Translations under genes and position numbers: made by a program
In this document: piece by piece, positions 1-10,400 of the stretch
Position numbering within the stretch: the stretch's first letter is position 1
Layout of the letters: each line of letters begins with the position of its first letter
Source of the DNA: Balanoglossus misakiensis
Taxonomy: Eukaryota > Animalia > Hemichordata
Direction: 5' to 3'
Assembly: GCA_040954595.2 (NCBI GenBank)
Contig: CM082583.2
Coordinates: 9,472,254 to 9,536,253 of the forward strand
DNA: 64,000 nt
The notes under the pieces: generated by a model
Seen by the model: only the letters and a program-made list of their open reading frames with translations
Database searches by the model: none
Told to the model about the DNA's origin: nothing

Positions 1-48
1 TAATACATTTTTTTGGTTATTAAATAATTGCTTATCTATTTTCTTTAG

Positions 49-251
49 CCGCCAAGAAGTTCTCGGCCAAGAAATCTGCGCCAAAAAGTGGAAGCGACGC
101 GAAAAAATCTCGCGGATATCCAGTTAAAAAGTCTCGCGCAATGGCTGCGATCGCGAGACCTGTGCAGAGGAGAGCCAGTGTGCGCCGTGGATCCGTCAGT
201 GCAAGACGTCGCTCCGCTACCATCCGAAGAGGCTCAAAAGCTACGTATCAG
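49..251 (+). CDS. Penultimate coding exon of a highly basic Lys/Arg/Ser-rich protein (H1-tail or protamine-like); gene starts upstream of the window
   Basis: Acceptor tctattttctttAG at 47-48 and donor CAG|GTTTGT at 252. Open frame from 51: AKKFSAKKSAPKSGSDAKKSRGYPVKKSRAMAAIARPVQRRASVRRGSVSARRRSATIRRGSKATYQ. A phase-0 junction joins in frame to exon 476-544 of the same composition. Confidence 0.8.
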
Positions 252-475
252 GTTTGTCCCAGTGATAATTTAATAAAACTTTAGGGACTCGATTTTTTCT
301 GGTATCTTTGAAATGCACGCCAAACTGTCCGCAAACTACACTGTTCTTGTTCATTTTTCAAACATTGGACCATAATATATCTGTGTGGTGTTGTATTTTT
401 CCGTCGGGCATTCTGTATTAGTAGATTGAAGCAGATCACAATAATGTATGATGTTAATATTTTTCTTTATTTCAG

Positions 476-544
476 AAATTAAAGGCAGCCCCGAAGCCAC
501 GTCGTCGTCGCACCAGCATCAGAAGAGCTTCTCTTCGCCAGTAA
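476..544 (+). CDS. Terminal coding exon of the basic protein (KLKAAPKPRRRRTSIRRASLRQ*)
   Basis: Strong acceptor ttttctttatttcAG (474-475), in frame with exon 49-251, TAA at 542-544. ATTAAA at 596-601 is followed by a GT-rich tract at about 616-628. Confidence 0.8.
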   Translation, partial: KLKAAPKPRRRRTSIRRASLRQ

Positions 545-595
545 AGTTTTTCTGGTCACCGAATATTGAACAAATATCTGCTGGTCAGAATCAAT

Positions 596-601
596 ATTAA
601 A
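596..601 (+). terminator. Candidate polyadenylation signal (ATTAAA) of the basic-protein gene
   Basis: Variant hexamer about 50 nt after the stop, with a downstream U/GU-rich element gtttttcgtgttt. Confidence 0.45.
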
Positions 602-647
602 AATACAAACAAAAAGTTTTTCGTGTTTATAGACTTTCCGTCACATC

Positions 648-1889
648 TTAAACCCACACAAAGGTCTGATTCAAAAGTTCTGCCACCTGTTGATTGTAGG
701 GGCGATAAAAGTCACGAACTTTTTCCAAAACGCTTGTTTCTATCTCCGGGTGCTTTCGACCTTTATTTGACCCCAAGCAGTGCATCGGGAACGAAATCTT
801 GGAGCAGTACTTTCCTTTATTCGTGTCCATGTAAAATTGCCATCCCTCGAAAAACCTCGGAAGGCCCAAGAACTTCTCGGCTCGTATGAGCGTCGAGACT
901 GGGTTCGATTGTTTGAAACTCGTGCCGTCGACGACAAAGATTTCAGGGAAATATTTGAGCCAGCGCTTGGCATGCTTCACATAGACTCCTGTGTCAATGA
1001 GTTCGTTACTTTCGTCGACGGTACCGTCTTTGCGCAGCACCGACGCAGCGAATGTATCTTCGATTTTGTAAAAACCCGTCGTCTTGTTTAGTTCAGCCTC
1101 GTGCACGTAGTCTGAAATGGCCCTTCCAACCGGATCACACAAAATCAGTATAATTTTGGTTTCAGGTGATATCTCATTGTATATCCTTTCGGGGGCGTTT
1201 TCGGGAGAGACAAAGTACTTCGGAGTTGTTTCCATGGTTATCTGAACTTTGGTTGAGTATGGCATCTTTCGACGGTACCACTCGAGACTGTGGTTGGGAT
1301 TTTCGTCAAAGAAGTGTTTCTCTGCTGTCACCGCGGCGATCAGTGGGTGAGTGCTGAGCCACAATGTGAGGGCGGTAGTCCCGCATTTCTTGGCTCCGAT
1401 AACGATGACCTGCGGTAACGTCTGCTCGCAGTCCCTTCTTTTCAGACCCATTGGCTTCCGCAAACCCCACTGTTTACTTTTCTCGTCGAGCCAATAGCAA
1501 GTCTTGCGATAAACTTCGTATACTTGACGAAATATTTCTCCCAACGTCCCATTCTTCAAGAATATGTTCGTGTCACCTGTTGTTGTGTCCCCAACATGTA
1601 AATCAGTATGCAAATTTTCAATATTATGCAAATTTCCCTGGGTATCTCTCTTAAAGTCGGTTGTGCTGAGGACGATACGTTGCGCTCTGTCCAGCAATTG
1701 GTCACTTGTCTGCGATTCTTGGTGAAATGTTGAGATGACGATAATGACACAAATCACCATCACAAGTATAACTGGAAGTGATAATCCTCGCCTCCCTGAA
1801 AAATAATCAAAACGAAGAAGAAAAATATTGCTGAATGATACTTTTGTTATTTTGCAGCAGAATGGATGGACGTGTACACGCTGCATCAT
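648..1889 (-). CDS. HS3ST: Heparan sulfate glucosamine 3-O-sulfotransferase-like Golgi sulfotransferase (type II membrane protein, single coding exon, about 413 aa)
   Basis: 5'-PSB loop LPQVIVIGAKKCGTTAL, EKHFFD, WYRRKMPYS, ETTPKYF, 3'-PB motif KIILILCDPVGRAISDY, C-terminal CLGSNKGRKHP and FYRPYNQ, all typical of HS3ST enzymes. N-terminal hydrophobic anchor LSLPVILVMVICVIIVISTF. The track start at 1913 is TTG; the first ATG is at 1889. Confidence 0.92.
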   Translation of the reverse strand: MMQRVHVHPFCCKITKVSFSNIFLLRFDYFSGRRGLSLPVILVMVICVIIVISTFHQESQTSDQLLDRAQRIVLSTTDFKRDTQGNLHNIENLHTDLHVGDTTTGDTNIFLKNGTLGEIFRQVYEVYRKTCYWLDEKSKQWGLRKPMGLKRRDCEQTLPQVIVIGAKKCGTTALTLWLSTHPLIAAVTAEKHFFDENPNHSLEWYRRKMPYSTKVQITMETTPKYFVSPENAPERIYNEISPETKIILILCDPVGRAISDYVHEAELNKTTGFYKIEDTFAASVLRKDGTVDESNELIDTGVYVKHAKRWLKYFPEIFVVDGTSFKQSNPVSTLIRAEKFLGLPRFFEGWQFYMDTNKGKYCSKISFPMHCLGSNKGRKHPEIETSVLEKVRDFYRPYNQQVAELLNQTFVWV

Positions 1890-2709
1890 CTTTACAGGTG
1901 TATTCAAATGCAAAGTTTATTACGTAACAATGACAACAGAAGTCAACCAGACGCAAAACCATAGACAGTTCTGTATGTGCATGGTCTGTGTAAAAACATA
2001 TATCAGTAGAAGAAATTTAACGAATGAAAGGTAAACTAGGCTGTCAAAAGAGATTAAATACCTGCTAAATTCTATAGAGCTCAAGTGTAAAACGGTGCTT
2101 ATGTTTTAGATGCCATTTGACAAGAGAAAATAATGACAGGTGGGCTATTAAACCTGATGTGTGTTATCATGGACGTGACATTGCAGAAAAGTGTATAAAC
2201 TGTACCTACCTTCCGAGTTGCACAAAAAATTCATCAGATTCAGAAACGACTGTTTCTGTAGCCTCATCTTGCCGGGAAGATTGTCCGCGCCGTTCGATAA
2301 CTTTTGATTTCAGACGACCGAGAGGGTCAAAATACAAATGCGATCGGCAAGTGATCTTGAAGAATGAAGGGAATAAGGCGTCATGGGCGAGTTGTTTCAG
2401 TTCGCGTTTATAATTGTAAGCGAAAATCCGGAAATTACTGAGGGGTATGAAGGTATTACATCGGCTGAGGAATCCATAGATAATATTTATCGAATCGGGA
2501 ACAATCCAGTTATGGTGGAAATGTAGAAAATCGCCGTCTGGCAGGTTGAGATGGTCAGTGAAGGTACATTTCATAGCCACCACCTTAATCCAAGATGGCG
2601 GTCTATATACAATTGTAATTGTCATCACTTTCATTGTTACTGTTATGCAATAGCTTTCATGAGGAGAACTATAATAGACTTCATGCGACAAACTGTTAAA
2701 GTGTATGCG

Positions 2710-2712
<3 letters not shown>

Positions 2713-2800
<88 letters not shown>
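2713..2800. repeat. (GA)44 microsatellite
   Basis: Perfect GA repeat of 88 nt. Confidence 0.98.
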
Positions 2801-2804
<4 letters not shown>

Positions 2805-3238
2805 CATTGCTTTGTCTTAGCCAAGCCATACAGGCTTCATAAAATAACATCGAAATCTAACGATCTGGGTGGTTTGGTGGAGTATACTTAGTACTGTTTA
2901 TTCGAGCAATTGAGACATTTATGATATGCTAAAAAATTCTTCACGCGTTCAAGCGAGTTTGCAATGCGGGAATCTTCGGAATGCGGCGAATTGGTCGTAA
3001 AATAAGAGATATGTATTTCATTCATTTGCACCTCCCATTGAGGTGATTGTCAATCCCTTGCGTTTGTAGGTTTTCGCTGAAAATATGCGCTGTGGTTGTC
3101 TCCGCGACGCAGCAGAAAAATAACATTGTTTACTATTTCAGTAAGGTTGTGAAATCTTTATATTAAACTTCATAATAAAGTTTATATTAAAGTTTCCATA
3201 ATGGTGAAATCTGTTTCGGTCCCACCCAATATAGTCAG

Positions 3239-4110
3239 TCAGCTATGCAGTCCCCGCTAGAAAATGTTCAGAATTTCGATTTTGAAACTGTATTTTGATT
3301 CCAAAAATGGACCAACTTTAAACTTCTCGAGAGATGTGAGACGTTTTTTTTAATGTAAAAATTCTGACAATTTAAGTACTCATGTAAAACGAGATGCGTC
3401 CGTGCAATCATTTAATTAAATACTCTCATATAGTCAATATTTACTTCTCCAATTGAAACATGACGCTACAATATTTGTACCTACTGATTTCGTGGTGGAA
3501 TTTCCAGTGGAGTTGGCGGTTGGCTGCATGATTTATGTTAGTTTGGTTCTTCAAGCTTATTATAACTCTGTTTTTGAATGTTAAGTCCAGCTAAAAATGT
3601 TCAAAACTGTACTTTGTCACAAATCCACGGACAGTATCATTATATTATTGGTGTCCCAAGTAGTTTAGTACAAGAGAAATTACATACGAGGATGAATACA
3701 GCTCGCTCATGAAAGAGCGCCATCATCGGAGATCTCAAACTTTATTGCGGGCCACAAGCCACAGTTCTCATTCGGTTAAAATGTCAGTTCAAGGTATCTC
3801 TGAAAATGAAATGTGTGATTACTTGTAAAAAACAGTATTTCTTTATATATCATAAACAAATTGGCATATTGCCTGGTATATCACACAAATTTGACGTATT
3901 CAATAAAACATGCTTCCTCAAAACCGATCCTCAATTTGTCATGATGATTAGAACGCTTGGCACATCTTCAGTATTGTTATATTAATTTGTTTCACTTCTA
4001 TTTAAACTGATCTCTGGTTTTATTTAATCAGCTGACTTGAGTTCCGTCTAGAAAATTCAGAATTTCACTTCTGAAAACGATGATTTTGTTTTTAAAAATC
4101 GACCTACTTT
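3239..4110 (+). repeat. Two diverged direct copies of an ~80-bp element (3239-3319 and 4028-4110)
   Basis: Shared collinear blocks tcagct..ctagaaaat..ttcagaatttc..tgaaa..attttg..aaaaat.gacc.acttt. Confidence 0.6.
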
Positions 4111-5641
4111 CTAGTAATAAACGCTGAGATATGCTACATATTCTACCCTAGCTTTCGTTCCATTGTCCAAAATCGGATATTGGGGGAATAATTGTCGAAA
4201 GTAGTACGAAAGTGGTCGAAATTTGCGGGTTATTTTCAGCCGCAATAGAGTAATGACTTCGCCATGACCTGATCGAACTTTTATCTAGGCCTAAACAAGT
4301 CCAGACGTGCGATTTATGTGGAGATAGAGTGTTTCTATGGAGTTATATTCGAATTAATCTTAAGACGACATCTCTGTCCAAAAGACTTCACGAACAAATT
4401 TGGGCCTAGGGAACGTACAAAAATAAGATGCAAGTGGATACTCGGCATTCACATGAAGTAGTCCGATAGTCCTAAATGATTTTTGTGTGATTGGATGAAG
4501 ACAAATAGATTCTAAATCTTGTTGCAGGAACTTATATTTTCACGTGAAGTTTAGTGCGACAGTTTGAAATCCGAGGAGAGTTTCTGTTCTTTTGTTGGGC
4601 GTGGCCCATGCTCATGAATCGCTGGTAGAAACAGACGATAATCAGTATGACGCATTGTATGTAGTCATATTCTCATTTTATCATTGATTACAAAGACAAT
4701 CTAATTTTGTAAATCTATTTATAAAAGTATTTCTGATATATACCGTGAATCACAGAAGTAATCAGTGTGGTTTGTTGCGCAGAAAAATAAAATCAATACA
4801 GATGCTGCGAAGGCTTTTCGTAGATATAATTGTTACCCGATACTTTTGGTTAATTAATTTCTTGTTTCATTAATTTCAAACGTACTTTTGAGTGAAACTG
4901 ACTAAGTATTAGTACCCCAGACAGTTCCTTTTCGACGAAAAAATGTATTTCTTGGCAGAATTCGAGCGAACTCCCCTATCGTGTTAGTAGACGCACCCCT
5001 ATTATATGCTGGGCTTGCTTATGTACTCAGCCTACTTAGCATGCTTAGTATGTCTGTATCGACGCGGGAAATCAGCTGATTCATATGTAAATTTTGTTTA
5101 TATATTTATGATGATGACTTTTCAAATGTTGATGTTTCTGGGCCAATCAACTATGTTTGTAATTGCCTAATTTACATGACGAATAGAGGTCAGTTGGATC
5201 CATGCCAACATTCGGCCCCAGACGACAACTACGTTGTACATTTGTAGCTGTGAAGATATATTGGCAACGGAATTTTCTGAACTGTAAGTACTCCTGTCGC
5301 ACTTCCATAAACACTCTATCTTATGGATAGTCATTCTATACAATCGTGAGTTTCATTTCGGCAATTTCAGTACAAATAACTGAGAAGGGACTGATGTATT
5401 ATAAAACTTTGTATGGTCAAATCTTGGATGTAGAACACACTGTATGAGCACGATGTAAACAGTGTATCGTTATTTTTTGTCACAATATTGTAGTGTGGTG
5501 TCGTTATCCGTCAACCTTGAGTTTCACGACACTTATTTGCGATCAATATGAAAATATTTTATGATAAGATAATAATGTATTCCGTGATGTGTATTACGGG
5601 AGAACATCAATTGAGAAAGAAATGATTTTAAGCCTTGGTAT

Positions 5642-6180
5642 TATAAAAGGATCACCATGACCTGCATCAATGGCCGCGGTTGGCAAGCGGCTAGGCTGTG
5701 CCTCATCCGCAGTGCCGCATCCGCCGGTGGATGGATCCTGTTGTTTTATCCATATCCTCGTTCAAAGCAAACGTCTCGATGTTGGTAATTTTCATAGTTT
5801 TCAAGGGAACGGATTGGAACCATTTCGTGTTGCCCGATCTAGTTTGATTGACCAAGGCCGGTTGTGTGTGTAGTGGAACGTGTGTGTATTATGTTTGCCG
5901 ACAACGTGTCGATTTCATGCGCGCAGACGCGCTTGCTTTTGTGCGCTCAACGTTTTGAATGAAAAAGTGTACGTTTCGTCAATCAAAGACCCACTTCTGA
6001 TTTTTGTGCGTGTTGTCGGCGTCCTGGCAACAGATCATTAAAATTCATTAGTAATATACATGTACATGCAGTGGACGCGCTTCAAAATCTTGTAGGTGTT
6101 TGCGGCGTTCGGCCTTTGCTCCGCCGGTGTAAAAGCGGGCGGAAATGTAGCAAAAGATAATCGGGTGTTTCATTGGTCTA
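5642..6180 (+). promoter_or_regulatory. CpG-rich TATA promoter and first non-coding exon region, probably of the semaphorin gene
   Basis: TATAAAAG at 5642-5649 and Inr-like TCAAT at 5667-5671. About 39 CpG in 5641-6180 versus 1 in 7861-8460. Possible donor GTACGT at 5969. The link to the semaphorin is inferred from the absence of any other + strand CDS before 57197. Confidence 0.5.
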
Positions 6181-6937
6181 ATTTTATTTCACAGGCAAAC
6201 TCTGGAAAGTACATGATGATATTAATATATTGATGAGTTGTTGATCTTTCTTTTAACACTGAATGCTTTCACACTCAAGTTTGCACTCTCAGACTTTTAG
6301 TTTTGGCTTCAGTGCCTTATTTGAATTTTTGCTCTTTACTGCCTGATGCATTCACTGGAAATAAAAGTTTCTTGCAAAGACTTGTTTCTGCGGTCACAGA
6401 AAGTCGAACTAAAGTACCATTTCACTGGTCTCAAGTAGCTGGTGCCTTTATGCAAATTTTGACCCTTGGCATCTCAAGGGAGGGAGTATTTATAACTCAT
6501 TGCAAGAGATCAGTTTTCCTTAGACGTGCTTCCTTTATCGTAGTAGGGCGTTGTTTATGGTTGCGGCTCGTGCCGGTTGCTAGTGGTTTGTTCACAGTAT
6601 GTTAAAGTTGACAGGACAGACACTGCATTGATGACTACCAGCTGTTGAAAGATACGATTTAGATATCCATATACGAGAAACACAGCATTTTTTCCATACA
6701 TATGGGCAAAAACAATGTTATTTTCTTTTCTGTACTCTGAATGGTATCTACAGATCATTGAAGTTAAAATGGTCTGGCTGTTTAGTACTTCATTGGAATG
6801 ATTTTAAAGCCACAGTATTTCTCGTAGGGGCAAAATTTTGTTTGAAACGGCATCTATAATTTCTAAAAGTAGATGATAATTGATACTGAATCGAACATTC
6901 ATCATCCCCAGCTCTGCTGATAAACTCATACAATTTA

Positions 6938-7410
6938 CAATATAACGAGTGAAGAATGACTTTCTGTCCGGACAGAAAGTCACGTGAGTCAGGCTAATGT
7001 TGACACACGTGACTAGTGCGCATGCGCACTCAAATGTGAATCTATGCGGAAGAGGTTTGGTCGCCCCAAATCAAGCGACTCAGCGAAGAAATGCGCACTA
7101 ATTCGGCGAAATTTTGGGAAGATAACTTTATGGGAGAAATCAGTCGATGGAACCAGATCAAATCCGAAAATGGTCTGACCATCAAAATGTCAAAGTGGCA
7201 CGTTTGCTGATCGACATGTACAACATTTCCGTTGTAAACAAACCCGCGCATCATTTCAAGTGTTACGGGCGATATTTTCGGCTTGCATGTAGCTACAATT
7301 GCCCAAACCTTTCTTACATCTTCATTATATAGTATTCCATGATGGATGTACTGGAAAAACGGGCTTTTTTCGATGATGAAAAATGGATGCACACGAGAAA
7401 TACTGGGGCT
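6938..7410. mobile_element. Probable non-autonomous DNA-transposon-like repeat with stacked palindromes at its left end
   Basis: CpG-rich block with a perfect 26-bp palindrome (6957-6982), a 14-bp inverted repeat with one mismatch (6978-6991/7001-7014) and a perfect 16-bp palindrome (7015-7030). Boundaries approximate; no family assigned. Confidence 0.4.
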
Positions 7411-10400
7411 TTAAGAGCAAGTACATGTTTTTTATGCATTTGTCACTTTGTTATGCATATGCACTAGCAAGCCTGTGGCAACAGCTGCCTTGGGAATTGG
7501 TACAGTGGCACTCTTTTTCTCAAAGACAGCGATGAGATCTCCAGCACGTCGTCCAGGGTACGGACGCTTACTCATAGGCGTTATTTATGAGTCCATCAAC
7601 TTTTGTTTCATCCGCTCTGTCTTTGGCGGCAAAAAAACGGTACTGACTAATGAGAAGAAGGGACAAAACAAACCTTTCGATGAAATGCAAAGAAGGAAGA
7701 AACAAAGCATCTCCTGTTTACCCATACATCAGATAATCAATCTCTTGTCTGCCTTCTCGGTTGCCCGGGTAACGTCCATGATGTTGGAAGCATTTGGTTG
7801 GCTTGTCGCCTTAGAATTCAAGATGGTTAATTGAACTTTAGTTGTTTAATTAGAAGAATGTTGTTTCAAATTTGTCAAATTTCAATACATAGCTGCACTC
7901 AACTTACTTCTTCTGCTGTTTCATGAAATCAGTCCTTCAGAGGTCAAAGGTTGTCAGAAGCAAATGAAAATATTCACAGCAGGTCGATTTACATACTTGT
8001 CATATGACCAGCATGAATAATTACATATGCTTTGGCCTCTGACCTTTGTCAAAGGATTACATGTATACATATAATGAATCTTGCTTGGTAGTTAAAAATT
8101 TTAGTGGAATGTTTATTAAAAATGTAAAACAATGCTGCTAGTTTTAAAAAACTTACTTTTAGTGGAATTGTTGATTTTGTCAGTTGTATGCAGGAATACT
8201 GATAGATTAATGATTATCACAACAACAGTGTTAAACATGATTTTACAATAGTTGAATAAACCTATGAGCAGATGATAAACTAAAAGTGTATTTATCTGCT
8301 GTGGTTGGTGTGTTACTGTGAATGAAGTTAATATGCTTTGATCATGTAGTATGTTAATTCCCTAAAGCCATTTAATTAAATTGACCCTTTTTATAAAAAT
8401 TGCAGAAAATAGCATGACAACCACAGTACAATAACTGCTATTTCTTTGTATTTAATATTTTGAAAAAAATGCTTCCTATGTTGGGAATCTAAAATCCTGA
8501 CACAGTCGTGTGGAATCGACATAAAGATGACATTAATATTTATTGGTTCGACTGTGTGAATGAAACTGCTGTATAAAACATGTACATTGTGTCAGGAATA
8601 AATTATCCCACTGAATCGGCAAGCTCTTTTCAGTCCGTTTCCGGACCTCCATCTAGAAGCTCTCCGTGGGAGAAAAAAGGTGTTTTCATCACTGAATATG
8701 GATGGTGAGAATCTGACTAAATTTTCTTTATATATCTCCACACTGTTGGCTTTCTGAGTGAAAACATCAATTTTTTTGGAGAAGAAAGCCGGTTTTCGTA
8801 ATATCTGCTGATGCACTAACGCATGTCTGGATCAGCTCTGGCTATTCACATTCAAATTTTGCCGATGGGTATTGTTTTTGTCACTTGAACGCTCAATGTA
8901 TGTCTGTAAATAATTGTTTTCAATTTGACCTAGTGAAGATTTTAGAAAATTGTGAATTGATCTCGCCACATTTTCGTCAGAAACTGCGGATGGCTGTACG
9001 TCATTTGAATTTGATTGACAGAGGAGTACTAAATGGCAAAGAAATGACTCATGCACTGAAATGCAATCTGACTTTTAGAGTTAATGTTACCGGGCAATTT
9101 GTCCATTTTCATGGAAAAATTCAAGATGATGTGGAGTGTTTTTACCTAAAGATGTACATGTACATTACAGTTTTCATTTAGATTTAAAAAGACATATATA
9201 AGACAGTGTCTCTTGCTTCTCATATTTTGGTTAATTAGTACTTTGAAGATGCTCTAGAGACAAAGATTTATGTATAAAATCTGATGCTTATTTTAATGAC
9301 AATATCGGTAAATTCCAAGCTTCTGATCTTGTAATAAATGTGTCACAGATGATTTTGCTATCAACCTCGAAACTTGAATCCCTTGCAAATATAGGCACAC
9401 CCTTTTTTCCTCTGTAAATTTTATAACTGTCCCATAGATTAATTTAGTGATGGGATAGTTACTGTCTTAAATGCAGCAGTGAGACTCACTTGTAAGGATT
9501 AACAGTTTATTTTTTAAAGTGTTTCAAATTTTGCTATTGTTGAGAACCATTCAAGTCAATAGGCATTGATAATTCGTCTTTTGTAATTAATATAGCTGGT
9601 CATTTGCAGAATTGTGAAAAAAAATTAACACTGGTTAGTGAAATTAACACTCAATTAGTGACTGTGTTCTCATTTTCATATTGTGATTTGGATGGACATC
9701 TTTCTTACTGAGAATTACTTAAAGATGTTCTCATATTCCTTATAATATGACAGTTATGTTAGATTTCTTCTGGGTGTTGATTTCAAAGGTGATATATATC
9801 TACATGTATGTTAAATTTAATGAATATGTGAAATATTCTCTCTGACATAAAATGCGGACTCAGTACAGTTTATTTTGCACTTTTTGCCTGACATTGGACC
9901 TTGCTAAAAGTATCATTTTTACTTTCAAACAGATATCAGTATATGTATTTAGGTGGAAATATTAAAACACTTTAACTGTCATCTGCATGTCACTGTAATA
10001 TGGGTAAGTGAGTGTGGGTGGCAAGTTCATTTCACAGATTATCGAGTTTTAGCAGTGAATGACGTAGATATCCGACACAGCACTTGATTAAGACACCCAT
10101 TAAGAATATCTAAAGTTCACACAAGCTGAACTGATAACCATCTCTGACGTCCATTACGAAGCAAAAATAGAGGTGTGTACAATAAGACTGAGAAATTCAA
10201 GATTCTCGAAAGTCAAAATAGAGTTCACAGCCAGTATCGAGATCAGCAAAATCCTAAAAAGTGTTGCTGGCTGGTAATCTGACCATGGTGGTCCGGTTTC
10301 TTTTCCACGACCAATTGGGATTTGATCAACTTTTCCATCGGACTGGCAGTCGCTAGATTCAGTGACGTGAAAAGGGAGGCAATTTACTTTGTCGGGAGCT

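Noticed and set aside
32-273. Track ORFs 32..223 (-) and 88..273 (+)
   Set aside because: Shadow frames of the exon at 49-251, whose frame has splice support and coherent composition.
1890-1913. TTG start of the 421-aa track ORF
   Set aside because: Eukaryotic gene; the first in-frame ATG is at 1889.
2206-2850. 214-aa (-) and 89-aa (+) ORFs with SLSL or ERER runs
   Set aside because: Kept open by the (GA)44 microsatellite; no domain features.
4988-5056. Imperfect ~70-nt hairpin as a possible pre-miRNA
   Set aside because: Many mismatches and G-U pairs, and no recognisable mature miRNA.
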